Origin: Nymphaea colorata
Lineage: Eukaryota
Length of the DNA: 64,000 nucleotides
Direction of reading: 5' to 3'
Assembly: GCF_008831285.2 (NCBI RefSeq)
Contig: NC_045138.2
Span: forward strand, 2,666,001 to 2,730,000
The position numbers and the translations under genes were made by a program. Positions 11,995 to 24,569 of the stretch are shown one piece after another. Numbering within the stretch: the stretch's first letter is position 1; the number at the start of each line of letters is the position of its first letter. The notes beneath the pieces were generated by a model that did not search any database, had not been told where the DNA came from, and saw only the letters and a program-made list of their open reading frames with translations.

Positions 11995-14900
11995 ATTGTG
12001 TCCGCTTTCCACCTAAATCATAAATCATGAAGCAGTTTCATGTCTTTGGCGAATGTACCTCCAATGAAGTTGTACATCAGTTGCCTAACTTTCGCTTTGG
12101 ATTCAAATTGAAGGCCTTTATGTCTTAACTCGTAAATGAAGAGCTTATTAACAATTGAACATGTACACTTCATTTAAGTGATGCCATATGCCTTTATTGA
12201 ATCGTCTCTTAATAGATTTTTTTGTACTTTTTTATTCAGTTGAAGGAAATTTTCATTTGAAGGGTTACCATTTTTGTTATAGTTTATAAAAAATTCACAT
12301 TTTCTATAGAATGAGGGCACGCAACTGTTGTCAAAGTGTGAGTTAACATGAAATAAACTACCATGATATTTTTTCCCTTTTTTTTGTATTTTTACCCTTG
12401 CCGTTAACTCTAGTTAAAATGTCAGTTAACATGAAATAGATCACATCAATTTTTTGTTATGCATGAAAATTAGGCCCAAAACTCGGGCTTTGTCCTGACC
12501 CGAGACCCGAAACCTGAGGTTGAGCCTGAACCAATTAAAATATTTTTTTTTAAATGTAAAATAAATTAATGATAATAAAATATATTATCATTATTAAGAT
12601 AAAATAATATTAAATAATAAGACTTGTATTTAGGTTAGAAAAAGGTTGAAGTAGCAATAGAGATTTCCCTATTACCGAGCTATTTTATTTTATTATATAA
12701 TTGATGTCCATCTCAGTCTTGTACTTGTTCGTATAGTGTATACTTTATTATACATGCATCATAATGCATTTAATTGGAGCACTTAATGAAACATAGTGAT
12801 CAACCGCATTAAGCATTTAATGCACGCACTTGATATAGTACTATAATGATCCGGTCCTCTTTCCCAATAACTTTTATACGCATGTGGATTCGAGTCGGGT
12901 ATAAACTTACATATCCATACTCAATCCGACCCGTTTGTTAAGTTTGGTCTAAACTAACACTTTCAAATAAGATCCGAATTCGATTTGAATGCGTTTGTAG
13001 AGGAAAAGAAGCCAACGTTTGCATTTAATCAGGTTGGATCTTGATAGAATTCGAGTTTGATATCAGGACGAAATTCATATTTGAATCATTGTCTTAAAAT
13101 TTCGTAAAGAATTTGAATCCAGTAATTAAAGATTCAAATTTTTAGACTCTAATAATTTTTTGTGGCATGTCTGAATTTTCTTTTTCCTCACTTAGAAGAA
13201 ATGAGTCACTTATGTTCATACAACATACTATTATTACTGCTTCTACAATTAAAAAGGAATTTGATAAGAGAAATCTTGTGTTCTTGGAGTACATGTTTCA
13301 AGAACACTATATTACCTTTCTATTAAACATAGTGTGATTTAGTTTAATTGTCAATGTATTATAAGAACATATGTTCAAATAATACAATATTTTTTTTTAA
13401 TGTTTACTTAGCAGAAGGCCCTATCCTTTAGAGGTTGTTTTGAAGCTTGAGTGAGTGAACCTACAGTATACATTTCAACTCAAATATCATGTTTCATGTT
13501 GTTTATAACTTACACTGGAAAGTGACAGCGATCATGAGATTCGAACTTTGAACCCACACCCTCTTATGCAAGCAACTTTGACAACTTCATATATAGCTAA
13601 ATACTAGACCAATTTACACTCGTAGAGGTAATTGGGTATAAAGGGGTCACTATCTCTTTTTTCTTTTTAATTAGTGGTTCTAGGGGTGATAACAGACTGA
13701 GCGGCAAAGTGCTCAGGTTCAAGTCTTGGAATTGTCACTGTCACGTCCAAATGTGTTTTATCTCTGGACCGTAAAACGTCCAAAAGCATACTCTATAAAA
13801 ACCGAGAGAGTCAAGCATAGAGGGGGTCAATGGCCTCTCCGAAGATGGTGGAATGAACCATTCACCCGTAACAAGAAAAAAAAAAAAACCGATTTTCAAA
13901 CACTAAAGTTGAACTATCCTGTTTTTTAATGCATCTAAATGTCTAAATCCACATATAATGTTTAATCTCATGGCAAATAGGTGTTACTGCATGTGTCGAT
14001 GTAGTTTTAACTCCTGCCTAATAAGCTTGAATGTACCAATGGATCCGATTCAGATCAAATATTAAACCACACACACATCAAATCCAAATCGTTATTGGAA
14101 AATCACATCAAATCGTCGAGATTTGAAGACCATTAATATAAGATCCGAACTATCCACCTCCTCCAATGTTAAACCTTACATTTTCTCAATGTAACAAGGT
14201 AAAATAAAAATTTTAGTATGAATATTGGGTCTTACATAAGATTTATAGTTTGATCAACCATGGATTTTGTCATGGTTCTTTTGCCACATCGATAAAAACA
14301 TGCCAATCAGGAGCGGAACCAAGGTAAGGTCGGCATAAGCCCTGGTCTCACCACAATTTTTTTTAAGTTCTCTATAAATTTTATATATATAAATTTTGAA
14401 AAATTAATATTTTGACGCTAGTTAAAATTAAAAAACTCTAATTCGAGCTCTCTCATAAATTTTTTTTTGGCTCTACGCCAAAACTGCCGTCTGAATCTGG
14501 ATATAGCCTCCGATTTGGTTGCAATTTTAAGAATCCGAATTATATCGCATTATATTTTACTCATTCATTTTGGACTCTAATCCAAATATGTGGCCAATCG
14601 ATTATCCGGATTCCAATAGAAGTGCATCCATTAGCTCATATCCTTCACAGTGCAACAATAGATAAAAACGGTAAATCAATTAAATAGAAAACAAAAAAGA
14701 ATTCTGGCTTGGAGGAAAAGCATAAAATTTTAAAAAGGAAATTAGAGATACCAAATTGAATTTGTGACCGGAAGAACCGCTTCTTTTAAAACAAAAAAGG
14801 ATATTTTTTGACAGTTATCTGGAGAAGATATATATTTCTTAAAAAATAATAAATGCTTTATGGAAAATATAAAGGCATTGTCGTATTATTACTGGAGTTA

Positions 14901-15004
14901 AATTAATACCTTAAAATTTTTCTTTTTTGAGATTATAGAATTTTCTCAACATAATACATGGAAATATTCCCGAAAGTGAAATTCATATGATTCTTTTACC
15001 GGGG

Positions 15005-15005
15005 A

Positions 15006-15037
<32 letters not shown>

Positions 15038-15076
15038 CTCAAGATCCGAAGAGAGTCAGGAGCTTTGCAGGTAAGC
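15005..15076 (+). promoter_or_regulatory. GA-rich putative transcription start region and first 5'UTR exon donor of the TRM-like gene
   Basis: (GA)n tract followed by a strong donor GCAG|GTAAGC at 15071. GC content rises from here to the CDS. Confidence 0.4.
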
Positions 15077-16481
15077 CTGCGATCAGAACGCTTTTAAAAT
15101 GCATTTCACTCGTTTGCATAGAACCTTCGTTCCTCCTTCCTCTTCCATCCCTTTTTTTTTCTTTTTTTTTTTTTTACTGCGATTGATTTTTACCTTTTTA
15201 CTGCGACTACTGTAGAGGAATTTTTTTTTTTTTTCACCGTGGTCCTGGACCGTGATTGGGTTCGCGCTGTATATCTCCGCCATTCTGCGCGCGTGTTCTC
15301 GGTCGGCCTATAAATTTCACGTCCTCAGGTGTTCTCGTCAGGTCAAGATCCATCTCTTTCAAGGTCTCTCCCAAGCCTTCTGCGCCTCCTCTTGCTTCAG
15401 TGTTCAGTCTTCTTCTGGAAGCCTTCTGCCTGGTCGTCGTGGAATCTCGCTGGGGTTCTGCATTTGCCGCCGTATAATTGAGAATCGCCTTGTTTTCCTC
15501 CGTCGGAAAATTAAATTCCGGCCGATGAGGGTTAATTTCTGGTGATCGGAATCAAGATTTGCTACTTCCTTTCCGTTTTTCCGGACTTCGTAGCAGGTTT
15601 TCATCTACATTTTCGATTTCCTTTGGCTTCTGTACGGCTCTTACCGACTATCCCCTTCCGATTCTTCTACTGTCGGTTTAGTAGTCGGTTTCTGTTATAA
15701 ACACTAGATTTCCGTTGATTTCGTCCGAAGATCGGCTCCTTTTACGCATTTTAGCTAATGCATAGGGCCGTCGCTTTCTGACAACGGGCCCTGGTTCCTT
15801 TGGTTGCATGAACAGAGTAGTACTGGTTTTTAAGCAGAGCAATAGGAAATCCTAATGTTTTTGCCTGAAAATATGTTCCTTTCGACCGTTTTTGACAGCA
15901 TCGAGTGCATATTTCGGCCTAAGAGCGCATGATCATGATCCAATTTTATGATTCTTTCCCACCTGGCCTGTTGTCAAATTTCCATTTATTGCTCCCTTCT
16001 GAAAACATCGATTTTCTTACGTTTTGGCTATAAACTTCCGTGCTTTTCCTCGAAATGCTCCTCCTGAACTTATTTATAACTCGGCCATACGGCATCTGGT
16101 GCTTCTGAGCTCTTCCTTCCTATATTGGTACTGGTTTTGTATCGTCCTTGTTGAGAAATTTGCCGTCTTTTCCTTAAACGGGACCATATTTCGTAACTTT
16201 GGCTATTAGTTGGAACTTGCTTGTTATTTTCTTCTTCATACTCTTATCTCGTTTCCTTAAATGTTGTGTACGAGCAGCCTCTGATATGCTGTCTTGTGCT
16301 TCAGTGTCTCCAGGAGCTTTGCAGGAAGTACCAGCCGAAGTCAGTGATTCCGGGTAACGAGTTTATGGCAAGGTCCGGCACCAGCCTTGCTTCCGCAGGC
16401 CTTTCTTCATAAATGCTGCTGATTTCGGACCTCCCTGAACAAGCAACTTCGCACCACAATTGCGTCTCTTCTTCTTCATCT

Positions 16482-16533
<52 letters not shown>

Positions 16534-17018
16534 GTGACATTGATTCTAGAAAAAGTAATCGGGAGCAGTTTTTGGTGGGCCTTGCGCTTCGATCCTGTGA
16601 GCTATACTGGTATTCTTTACTCCCTGGTCCCAGACCTACTCTGTTAAATATGGCGGGCAAGCTTCCCGGTTCCTCGTCTTCCAATAGAACCATTCTTTTG
16701 TCTTTTGTCCGCTTCTTCTATCTTTAATTTCAAATTGAAGGGGTCTTGAGCAGCATCGTTTGAAAAAAAACAGCGAGTTTTACACCTTCACCTTCTTCAT
16801 CTTGTCCATGCTCGTCTTCCCTTTTGTTTCTCGTGGTTTTATCTCGCCAAGGTCGTCACAAGTTATACGGTTGTTCATTCTGATCGATCGCATCCCTAGT
16901 TGGTACCAACGACCTCCGAGCCCCTTAAGAAACAGCTTTCTGGCGGAACCATCCACCGATCTGTGCATTGTCAAATACTGGTTCGAGTCGCTTTCGAGAA
17001 GTTCGCCATATTAACCGA

Positions 17019-20000
17019 ATGAACATGGCAACAGAGAGGCTGCGAATACCGGAATCCAAAGGCGGACATTCGGAGGAGAAACAGAGACCCCTGATGCTCA
17101 AGGATTTCTTGAACGATACTAGCCCGATTCACGTCACGAAGAACAGGCAGAATCACCATCCAACTTCGAAAGAATGTCGGACCACTGTGAAGTATCTTCT
17201 GGAAATGGAATCCAAGAGCAAGAAGAAAGCCCTCCAAGGCGTCGGCATTGTCTCCTCCCGACATGCTTCCTCCACCCGTTCTGCATTACGTAGGGCTTCG
17301 GAGGTCCTAGTCAAGCTTCTGCCCTTCTCAAGCGACACTCCATCTCAACAAGGACATGGTACCACCATCCGCCGGGTGCATAACGTCAACAAATTAGGCT
17401 CATTTCCACATAGGCTGCCTTCCGCGAGGGAATCCCGTGTCCCAAATGGAAGCCTTTCGCGAAGGCTGTCTGCTCTCCTGAGAAATATTTCTCGCCGACG
17501 CCATTACAACAAAAGACGGGCCGAAACCCCGGTCCGGGTTCGAGACATCGTGCGGTGGGCATCATTTGGGGACGAAGAAACAACGCCCTGCGAGTATAGT
17601 AACTCTCGAACCCCACTGCGAGAGGAAGCACATGTGCGGACCCATGATGGAACATCGGATTCTCTCTCGTCTTCACGGACAAGTAGCTATACGTGGTCCG
17701 AGTTCGGGCAGGAGAGCGACTGTGCATCGACATTGCAGTCCTCCAGCGGGAGTTCGGTGTGCTCTGAGGCTGACGTGATGAAGGACAAGATGCTTTTACT
17801 AAATTACCACGGCAAGGAGGAAGAAGAACAGGCGGTGGAGGAAATTTTACAGAAGGGATGCCGTGAGAGACCAACAGCCGACACCCCAGTTCGCCTACTT
17901 GAGCGTGATAGCGCCGGAGGGTTGGCAATGTCGGAAGGAGGATCTGATTCCCTCGATACAGCAGATACCTGCTGCGCCAACGAAGAGGAGGTGCGTTTTT
18001 CCACCGTGTTGAGCGGTTGCTTCTCCTGTTTACTTTTTTAATCTTCTATTACCTGGGTCCCCGTGCTCTCCGCCGTCTCCGTCGCCGGCTTTGGCATTTT
18101 AGGATCTCTCCGCACCTCCTGCGCTGTCCTACAGTTTTTAGAGTATCATCTTGATCGCTTTGCCCCTTCCCTCGCTTTCCTACTCCCGGGCTTTTGTTGG
18201 GTTTTAATTTTCTCCGCTCCCTCTTTTTTTCTCCTCTTATTGTTGGTCCGCTACTTAGTTTTATACATTATATTAGATATAGTTTTACACATTATATTAG
18301 ATAAAGTAGGGAGAATCTCATTTGTGAAGCCCACTGATTGTTTTTAATTTTTTAATAATGGATGAAATATAGTAAAGGCAGTGTTTGGGAAAACTCTATC
18401 GGCGCTTTTCCCTGTTTATAAGTTTTTCAATTTAAAAACAATTTAGATATTCTAAGCTAACTATTTAAATAGTAAGACCTGTATCAGTTTTATATGATAT
18501 CGGTAAGTGCTAGTAAGATACGTACTGACCGATGCGTTTCCATTAGGGTGCGACATTGATAACGTATGATAAAAGTAGTCTTCCGACAGTCTTTGAGTTT
18601 GCGCCTAGTTAGTCTTTTCGTGAGTACATTTGACGAGACTTACCAGTTACCACAGCCTACGTGATGGCTTGCGGTTTATTTGTTAAGCTTTTCTCTTCGT
18701 GGAACATTTATCGCGTTGAGGGAAGTGGAACAGAAACTGTGTTCCCCTGTCAAGCTCCTAATTCCGACAAGACCTCTCTGTTTATCATAAAGAAAAAAAC
18801 AAAGATCTTCTTGAAAAGTTTTCAGGTAGATGCTTTTCACTTGTTGGGGGGTTTTGCTAAGCCTCTAATTGGAAAATTTTCAAAGATAATGTGTATTTGC
18901 AAATCATCCAAAAGTCAAGGGATCCACTTTGTAAATTTTTTGTGAAAAAATTGTCACCGTCTCGATGCCGAAAAACATGGGAATGTCACCTTTGACCCAC
19001 AACAAAAGTGTCTCACGTCCAACCATTTTGCAGAAAGCACAGTTTACAATGGCCTTACGGTTTCGGTCAGCAAAGGCTATTTTTCTTCAAAACATAATTC
19101 TTCTGGAAACAGTAGGACGCGTCGACTGGTTCTAACAGAGTGTTTGGCAGTCGCAACACTAAAACTGGAGACTATAATTAGGTAAATTTATGAAACACCA
19201 AACGAGACACTCACACTGCAACCCAAAAAAATCAGATCTGAATTGGTCCCAATCTGCTTTTTGATCCACTGCTTTGCTTTATAGTGGTAGGAAAGATGAG
19301 TACTGCCATGTCATGATCAGCCTCAAAGTGCTATTAGATAAATTTCACCACTCAGACCGAACATCAACCATGCTATTGATGCGTCACTAGAGCTTGAAAC
19401 ATGGTGAGTACTAAATGGTAGTGCTTGACTGCTTGTGCATGTACACTGGAATGTACTGTCGTTGTCAACTTGACTAGTGAATCTCAACCAAGCCCTGTGA
19501 AGTGGACTTCCGACCAGTCCCAGCATCGAGTACATCTCACGAACAAAATGCTCTGATGGACTGTGACCTCAACCATCTCTCGCTAGGCCTGGAATCTCAG
19601 GGAGTTGATTGTGTTGTGGTAAAAGTATTTGTAGGTCTTGCCTGGTCAATTTAGTCTTGGCTTGTCCAAGCGGCACCCGTACACAAAGTCACAGATAAGC
19701 ATGGGGGCCCACGCATGGAAACTTCTTCCACCCGTTCATAGAAACTGAGCGTCTCGATTTATTTTATTAAGGTTGCTGTTTGTGCCATTACTTCTTAGAT
19801 CTAGTAGGCCACTAGCACAAATAATGTTTTTTAGTTCTTGGGTATTTTTTCAAAGTTTTACTTGTTTCTTTAGTGGGTTGACAGATTAACGACTGGAATT
19901 AAAAAAAATTGTATCGTTTCTCTTGCACTAAGAAAGACGCCAAGGCACTGATTCGGTGATTAATTTTCTCTTGGATGAGCTCGTCTTTTTTGCACCTTTA

Positions 20001-22532
20001 AGTTTTTTAGCCAATAGGTCCACCGTTCTGAAAAGAGTGAAGGAAATGCCACAGATAACTTTTGAGCTGCCCGATTCGATTTCATTATGCCACTTGTTGA
20101 CTGCAGCAAATGAAATTAAACCAATGTTAAATTCAAAGTTTACTTTGCTGCTCAATTGCGACTTTTGTTTTGCTCATATTGTTTTTGCTTAACAAATGCC
20201 TCGACTCGAGATCGATACTCACTGTAGTTTCTTGAACCAGCAGGCTGATATCCAACGGCTCGAGCATGGGGGTGATGGACTCACTGGACGCATTAACGCT
20301 GAGGGGCATGAGAAAGAACTGTTTAGCCCAATTTCTATTCTTGACTTCTCATTTGAAGATGATGTCATGGCAGCACCTTTCGAGGAGGGCCTTGCAAATA
20401 GAAGAAGTAAGTTCTGAATTTTAAAATTTTAACCCACGCTTCGCCCGTCTTAAGTTTTATTTGGTTTACGCGAGGTATGTAAATTAGATTCTCGTCGCTC
20501 TAGTTACTGCGTCTTTACTAGAGCACTTGTGTTCTTTTCTTTAGTTTTACTTTCCATTTTGAGCAGTGTCAGATCCTTTATTTCTAGACCAGAAACAAAG
20601 AGAACCCGTTATATGCAAGACACGCATGCATCCTTAGGAGGTTAAGCTTGTCCAGACACCGTGCTACTTAATGTGCATATGGCTTCCTCGGATCAGAACT
20701 AATTTGATTGGCTTGACTGGAAGAACATCTAATATTTGTTTACTGAAAGAAAATTTTGTTCGTTGACTAAAAGCCTTAAATATGCGTGAAACACGACATA
20801 TATCTAGCAATAACCCATAAAAGAACAAGATCTGGGACTTAGGTCTTTCAATTTAAATTCGACACACAAATTCCATCATCATTACCTAAAATTACAAGTA
20901 AACAAAACACCCAGAACTTGTGTTCTCTATTGCTTCTATGTGTTCCTTGAGTTCTCTGGGAACAAGCTTAACGAGAGGGTGGGGGCTATAAGTTTCAGTC
21001 CTTATTGCTTAGGAAGTCCAGCAGATAACTAAGAAAATGTTTTGGAGCAAATACATGGAAGGAATTGGTCTTTTACACTATGGGCTTGTTCAATCTCGTG
21101 AATCTTGCAGAAGCCTTGAGAGAAATAGGGGCTCATGTGAGTAGGTTAAGGGGTCGTGTTGTGGACTGAGTCCAAATTAAGGATAAGATGGGCCATATTT
21201 CAGGTGGAATGGTAAAAAGCTTAGAAGTGTCCAACACCCATGAATACTTTTGCCTGGGAATTTCAGAAACAAGATCAATTAGTCTCCAATCTGCTTCGTG
21301 TACCATAGTCACGATATTCTTTTTCGCATAGAGTATTGTTGATGTGATTTTCCCTACCCGCATCTGATTCTGGAAATGAATAAAATTTACTCATGAATTT
21401 GGTAATGTATACTTTGACATGATAATATCTGTTCTTTATACGTCCATCTTGAAGCCAGGGGGAAAAATAGAAACCTGCCAATGAGCAGCTAGCTTTTTGG
21501 TAGGAAGGGGGGTGCATAGGGAAAGGGTGAAACAAGAACAGGGGTAACTCGTGAACTCTAGGAAAGGTGGAAACCTTCACTCTTAAGGTCATCGTGCTGA
21601 TGTCGCCAAGCTACTGAGATTAATGTGTGCATCTCTGAGCTTAATGAAACAGTAACTACTGAAAAGGATTTGATGCACATCTTTTAGCATCGTACAGAGA
21701 TTTGCAATGATCTGTCATTTTGGTCAGGGTTTTGATTTTTGTTAAGCCTCCACCATGTTGTAGAAATAGATCTCCAAATTTCTGATATCTTGTTAATTGA
21801 CGTTCTTCATCCAAATGGCTTCGTATTAGTGATTGCAGTGCTGTCTATGATAGTCCAGAATCCAGATGTAGGTACGACTTAAGGTGTCTGCTTGTTTGGC
21901 TAGTCACTGAATCTTGCTTATTCATGAATTTAGCTATTTTTCTATTGTATTTCTTTTGTATCTGTGCGTCAGTCCTAGCCAATGATAATGTCTGTTGATC
22001 AGGAACCAAGCGGCAGCTGCTGCAGAAGATTGGCCGGCATGAAACTCTTATTCAGCTTGATCCAGTTGACCTGCAGAAAAGCTTTGCGTCATCAAGGTTG
22101 GAGATTTTGGATGAACATCCTGAAAATTTCGCCAACTATCATGACAGCAGCAACGGGCATGACCTAAATGATGTAAAAACAGAAGATGTGGAGGAATGCA
22201 TAAAGGAGATACTGAACGAGTTCTTGGATGCACCAACGAAGAGGCAATGGGGATCTTTTGAACTGCTTGTTATTGACATCTTGAGGGAAGAATTAAGCAT
22301 TGGAAGTAAACTCGATGAAGAAGATTTGGTGAAAATTTCTAGTGAACGACTAAAAGAATGGTTTCTTCTGGAAAATCAGATAGAGGAGAGCAGGGAATTA
22401 TGCGTGAAGGAAATGGAAGTGACTGAAGATTGGAGGAAATTTATGATGGAAAAAGAAGAAATGGTTTTGGAAATGGAGGTCACTGTTTTAAGAAGTTTGG
22501 TCGATGAGCTATTGCTGGACCTCATGGATTGA
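17019..22532 (+). CDS. TON1-recruiting-motif (TRM)/DUF4378-like protein, 3 exons, ~555 aa
   Basis: Exons 17019-17990 (GAG|GTGCG), 20241 or 20244 to 20406 (A|GTAAG) and 22003-22532 join in frame. Motifs recalled from At4g11780/At4g23020-type TRM proteins: RPLMLKDFL, VRVRDIVRW, EKELFSPISILDFSFEDD (M2-like), TKRQLLQKIGRHETLIQLDPVDL, and C-terminal WRKF..EKEEMVLEMEVTVLRSLVDELLLDL (M3/DUF4378-like). Confidence 0.85.
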
Positions 22533-24569
22533 GCTCAGGTGAACCATGATTCTGCAGTTTGCACTGCCTTGACCACCATGTCCTCCATCTGTCTGCATGA
22601 CATCATGGTGCTAAAGTACCAGACTGCAACAACAACTAGCCAGATCCTGCGCCATTGAACATCTCTTATATACACTCAACACAGTTCAGTTGTCATCAGA
22701 ATATGGTCTGCTAGCTAAAGCAGCATCTGTAATCACGTTTCTGTTAGATCTTCAAAAGGTTGTACATACTTGGGGGTCTCATTTGTAAGCTGCAATTTTC
22801 CCCTACTCACAACTAAACCTTAGGTTTGCTTTCAAGTAGTGCTCTAACAAGGGTCATGTGACTCATGTGATGTCATTTGTATGTGTTTAATCGAACTTCT
22901 GCTGGAGAAGGTGTATGCCAAACAAGGATGCAGTCATCCTCAAAAGGGTTGGTGCAATGGATGAGAAAGAGGCTAATAAGCGGGGAGAGTGTTCATCAGG
23001 ACATCAACTTTCTATCCTGCAAAAGAGAGGATTGATACGAAATTTGAAATATAGCAGAGACATCATCTCGATGCACCGAAAGAAGGCCTAGTACCTTAGA
23101 AGGATGACGGGAATGATGGAGGCTTCGGGTCTCTTTTTGGGTAGTAGGATGAAATATTCTTCTTGCTCACCTCAAATAAGAATTTGACAAGGTAGTAGCC
23201 AGTCACAGCACATTGGCCTCACAATCTTACAAAAGATGAATCAGCATGAAATATGCATGGTCTTGCCTTAATAAGCATTCTAACATCTTCAACAATATGC
23301 AATTTCATCTATAAGAATATCTCAACAGATACGCTTACTTCATTCAATCAAGTGATGAGGTATCATCCACACAATCAACCTCATTCAATTCTTGCCATGA
23401 AAAGTAGATGCTCCCCTGAAATATGGATGGTTCAGATCAAACTGCGAAGAGGGGGTTCATGCCTTGCTCACTGAGGACAAATCCCACCCGACTGTGGCAC
23501 GTCAAAAGTTTTATTGGAAAAATGAAAAATCATATTGTGATTACTTAAAAATTTCATGGAGTGCTCTCATTAAACCTAAGCTGGTGACCGAGTGCTCGAT
23601 TTTGATTGTAGTGAGTGCTTTTTTTTTTTTTTTGTCGTTATAAATGGGATGCACTCCATCTTATTGAGGAGCCGGGACTGTTCACTCCAGATCATACTCG
23701 TGCCGGAGAAGAACTATTGAAGAGAGCGGCGGCGCTCGTCGGCGGAGGAGCGGCTGCCGTCCGTCGATGGTTCCCGAGAGAGAAAGGGCGAGGGGAGGAA
23801 AACGCGTTTCCCTCCGTCGGGGAAGCGTTTCCGGATCGGTGGAGCGGGTCCGACTGATTTGCCCGTCCTACCAGACCCAGCTCCTCTTAGCAAATCAAAC
23901 GCAGGGATTGGCGCTCTGTCCACGTCCGAGACAAACGGGGCGGTGGGTTCGAACAGTTCTGTTTCAAGTAATTTGTCACAAGCGACGGGGGGTGTTATTG
24001 TCATTGTGGTATGGGTTCCTTCTCTGGGACGACAGATTCTAGTGACTATGAAAGCCCCTTTTCCCTCGCAATCTCGTTCCCGTTCGACTCGGTCCCTCCC
24101 CTCTCCTGTTCCCTTGGGTAGGTAATGTCTTGTCAAAATTTAAATTCTCACATATCTTCACCTTATTCGAATTTGTTCCGTTCGTCGGTTTTTTCCATTA
24201 CGAGCATATGAGGCCCAGAGAGAAAACCGCGAAGTTTTGCGCTTGTCTGAAGGATTTCCATCTCTGTTTTGAAATCACAAGCGGAGCTAGCTCTGCTTTC
24301 AGTTCTGTTAACGTCTTTTTCACTTTTTTTTTTAATTCTTCTGAATTACTTTTCATTGTTTACTATCCCAAATCTCTGGATTATTGGAACAGAATGGATG
24401 ATTTTCTTTCTCCCTTTTATGGCTTGTAGCAATTAACAAAGTGGGAAGTAGGGATTTCGAGCTGCTAGTGGGAGGTCGAATCAGAATGTGGCGAAAAGAA
24501 GAATAGGCAGCTGAAGGTGGAGGAGGACGAATTTGGTTGGGGAAACTTGGTTTCTGTTATGCGAATTCT

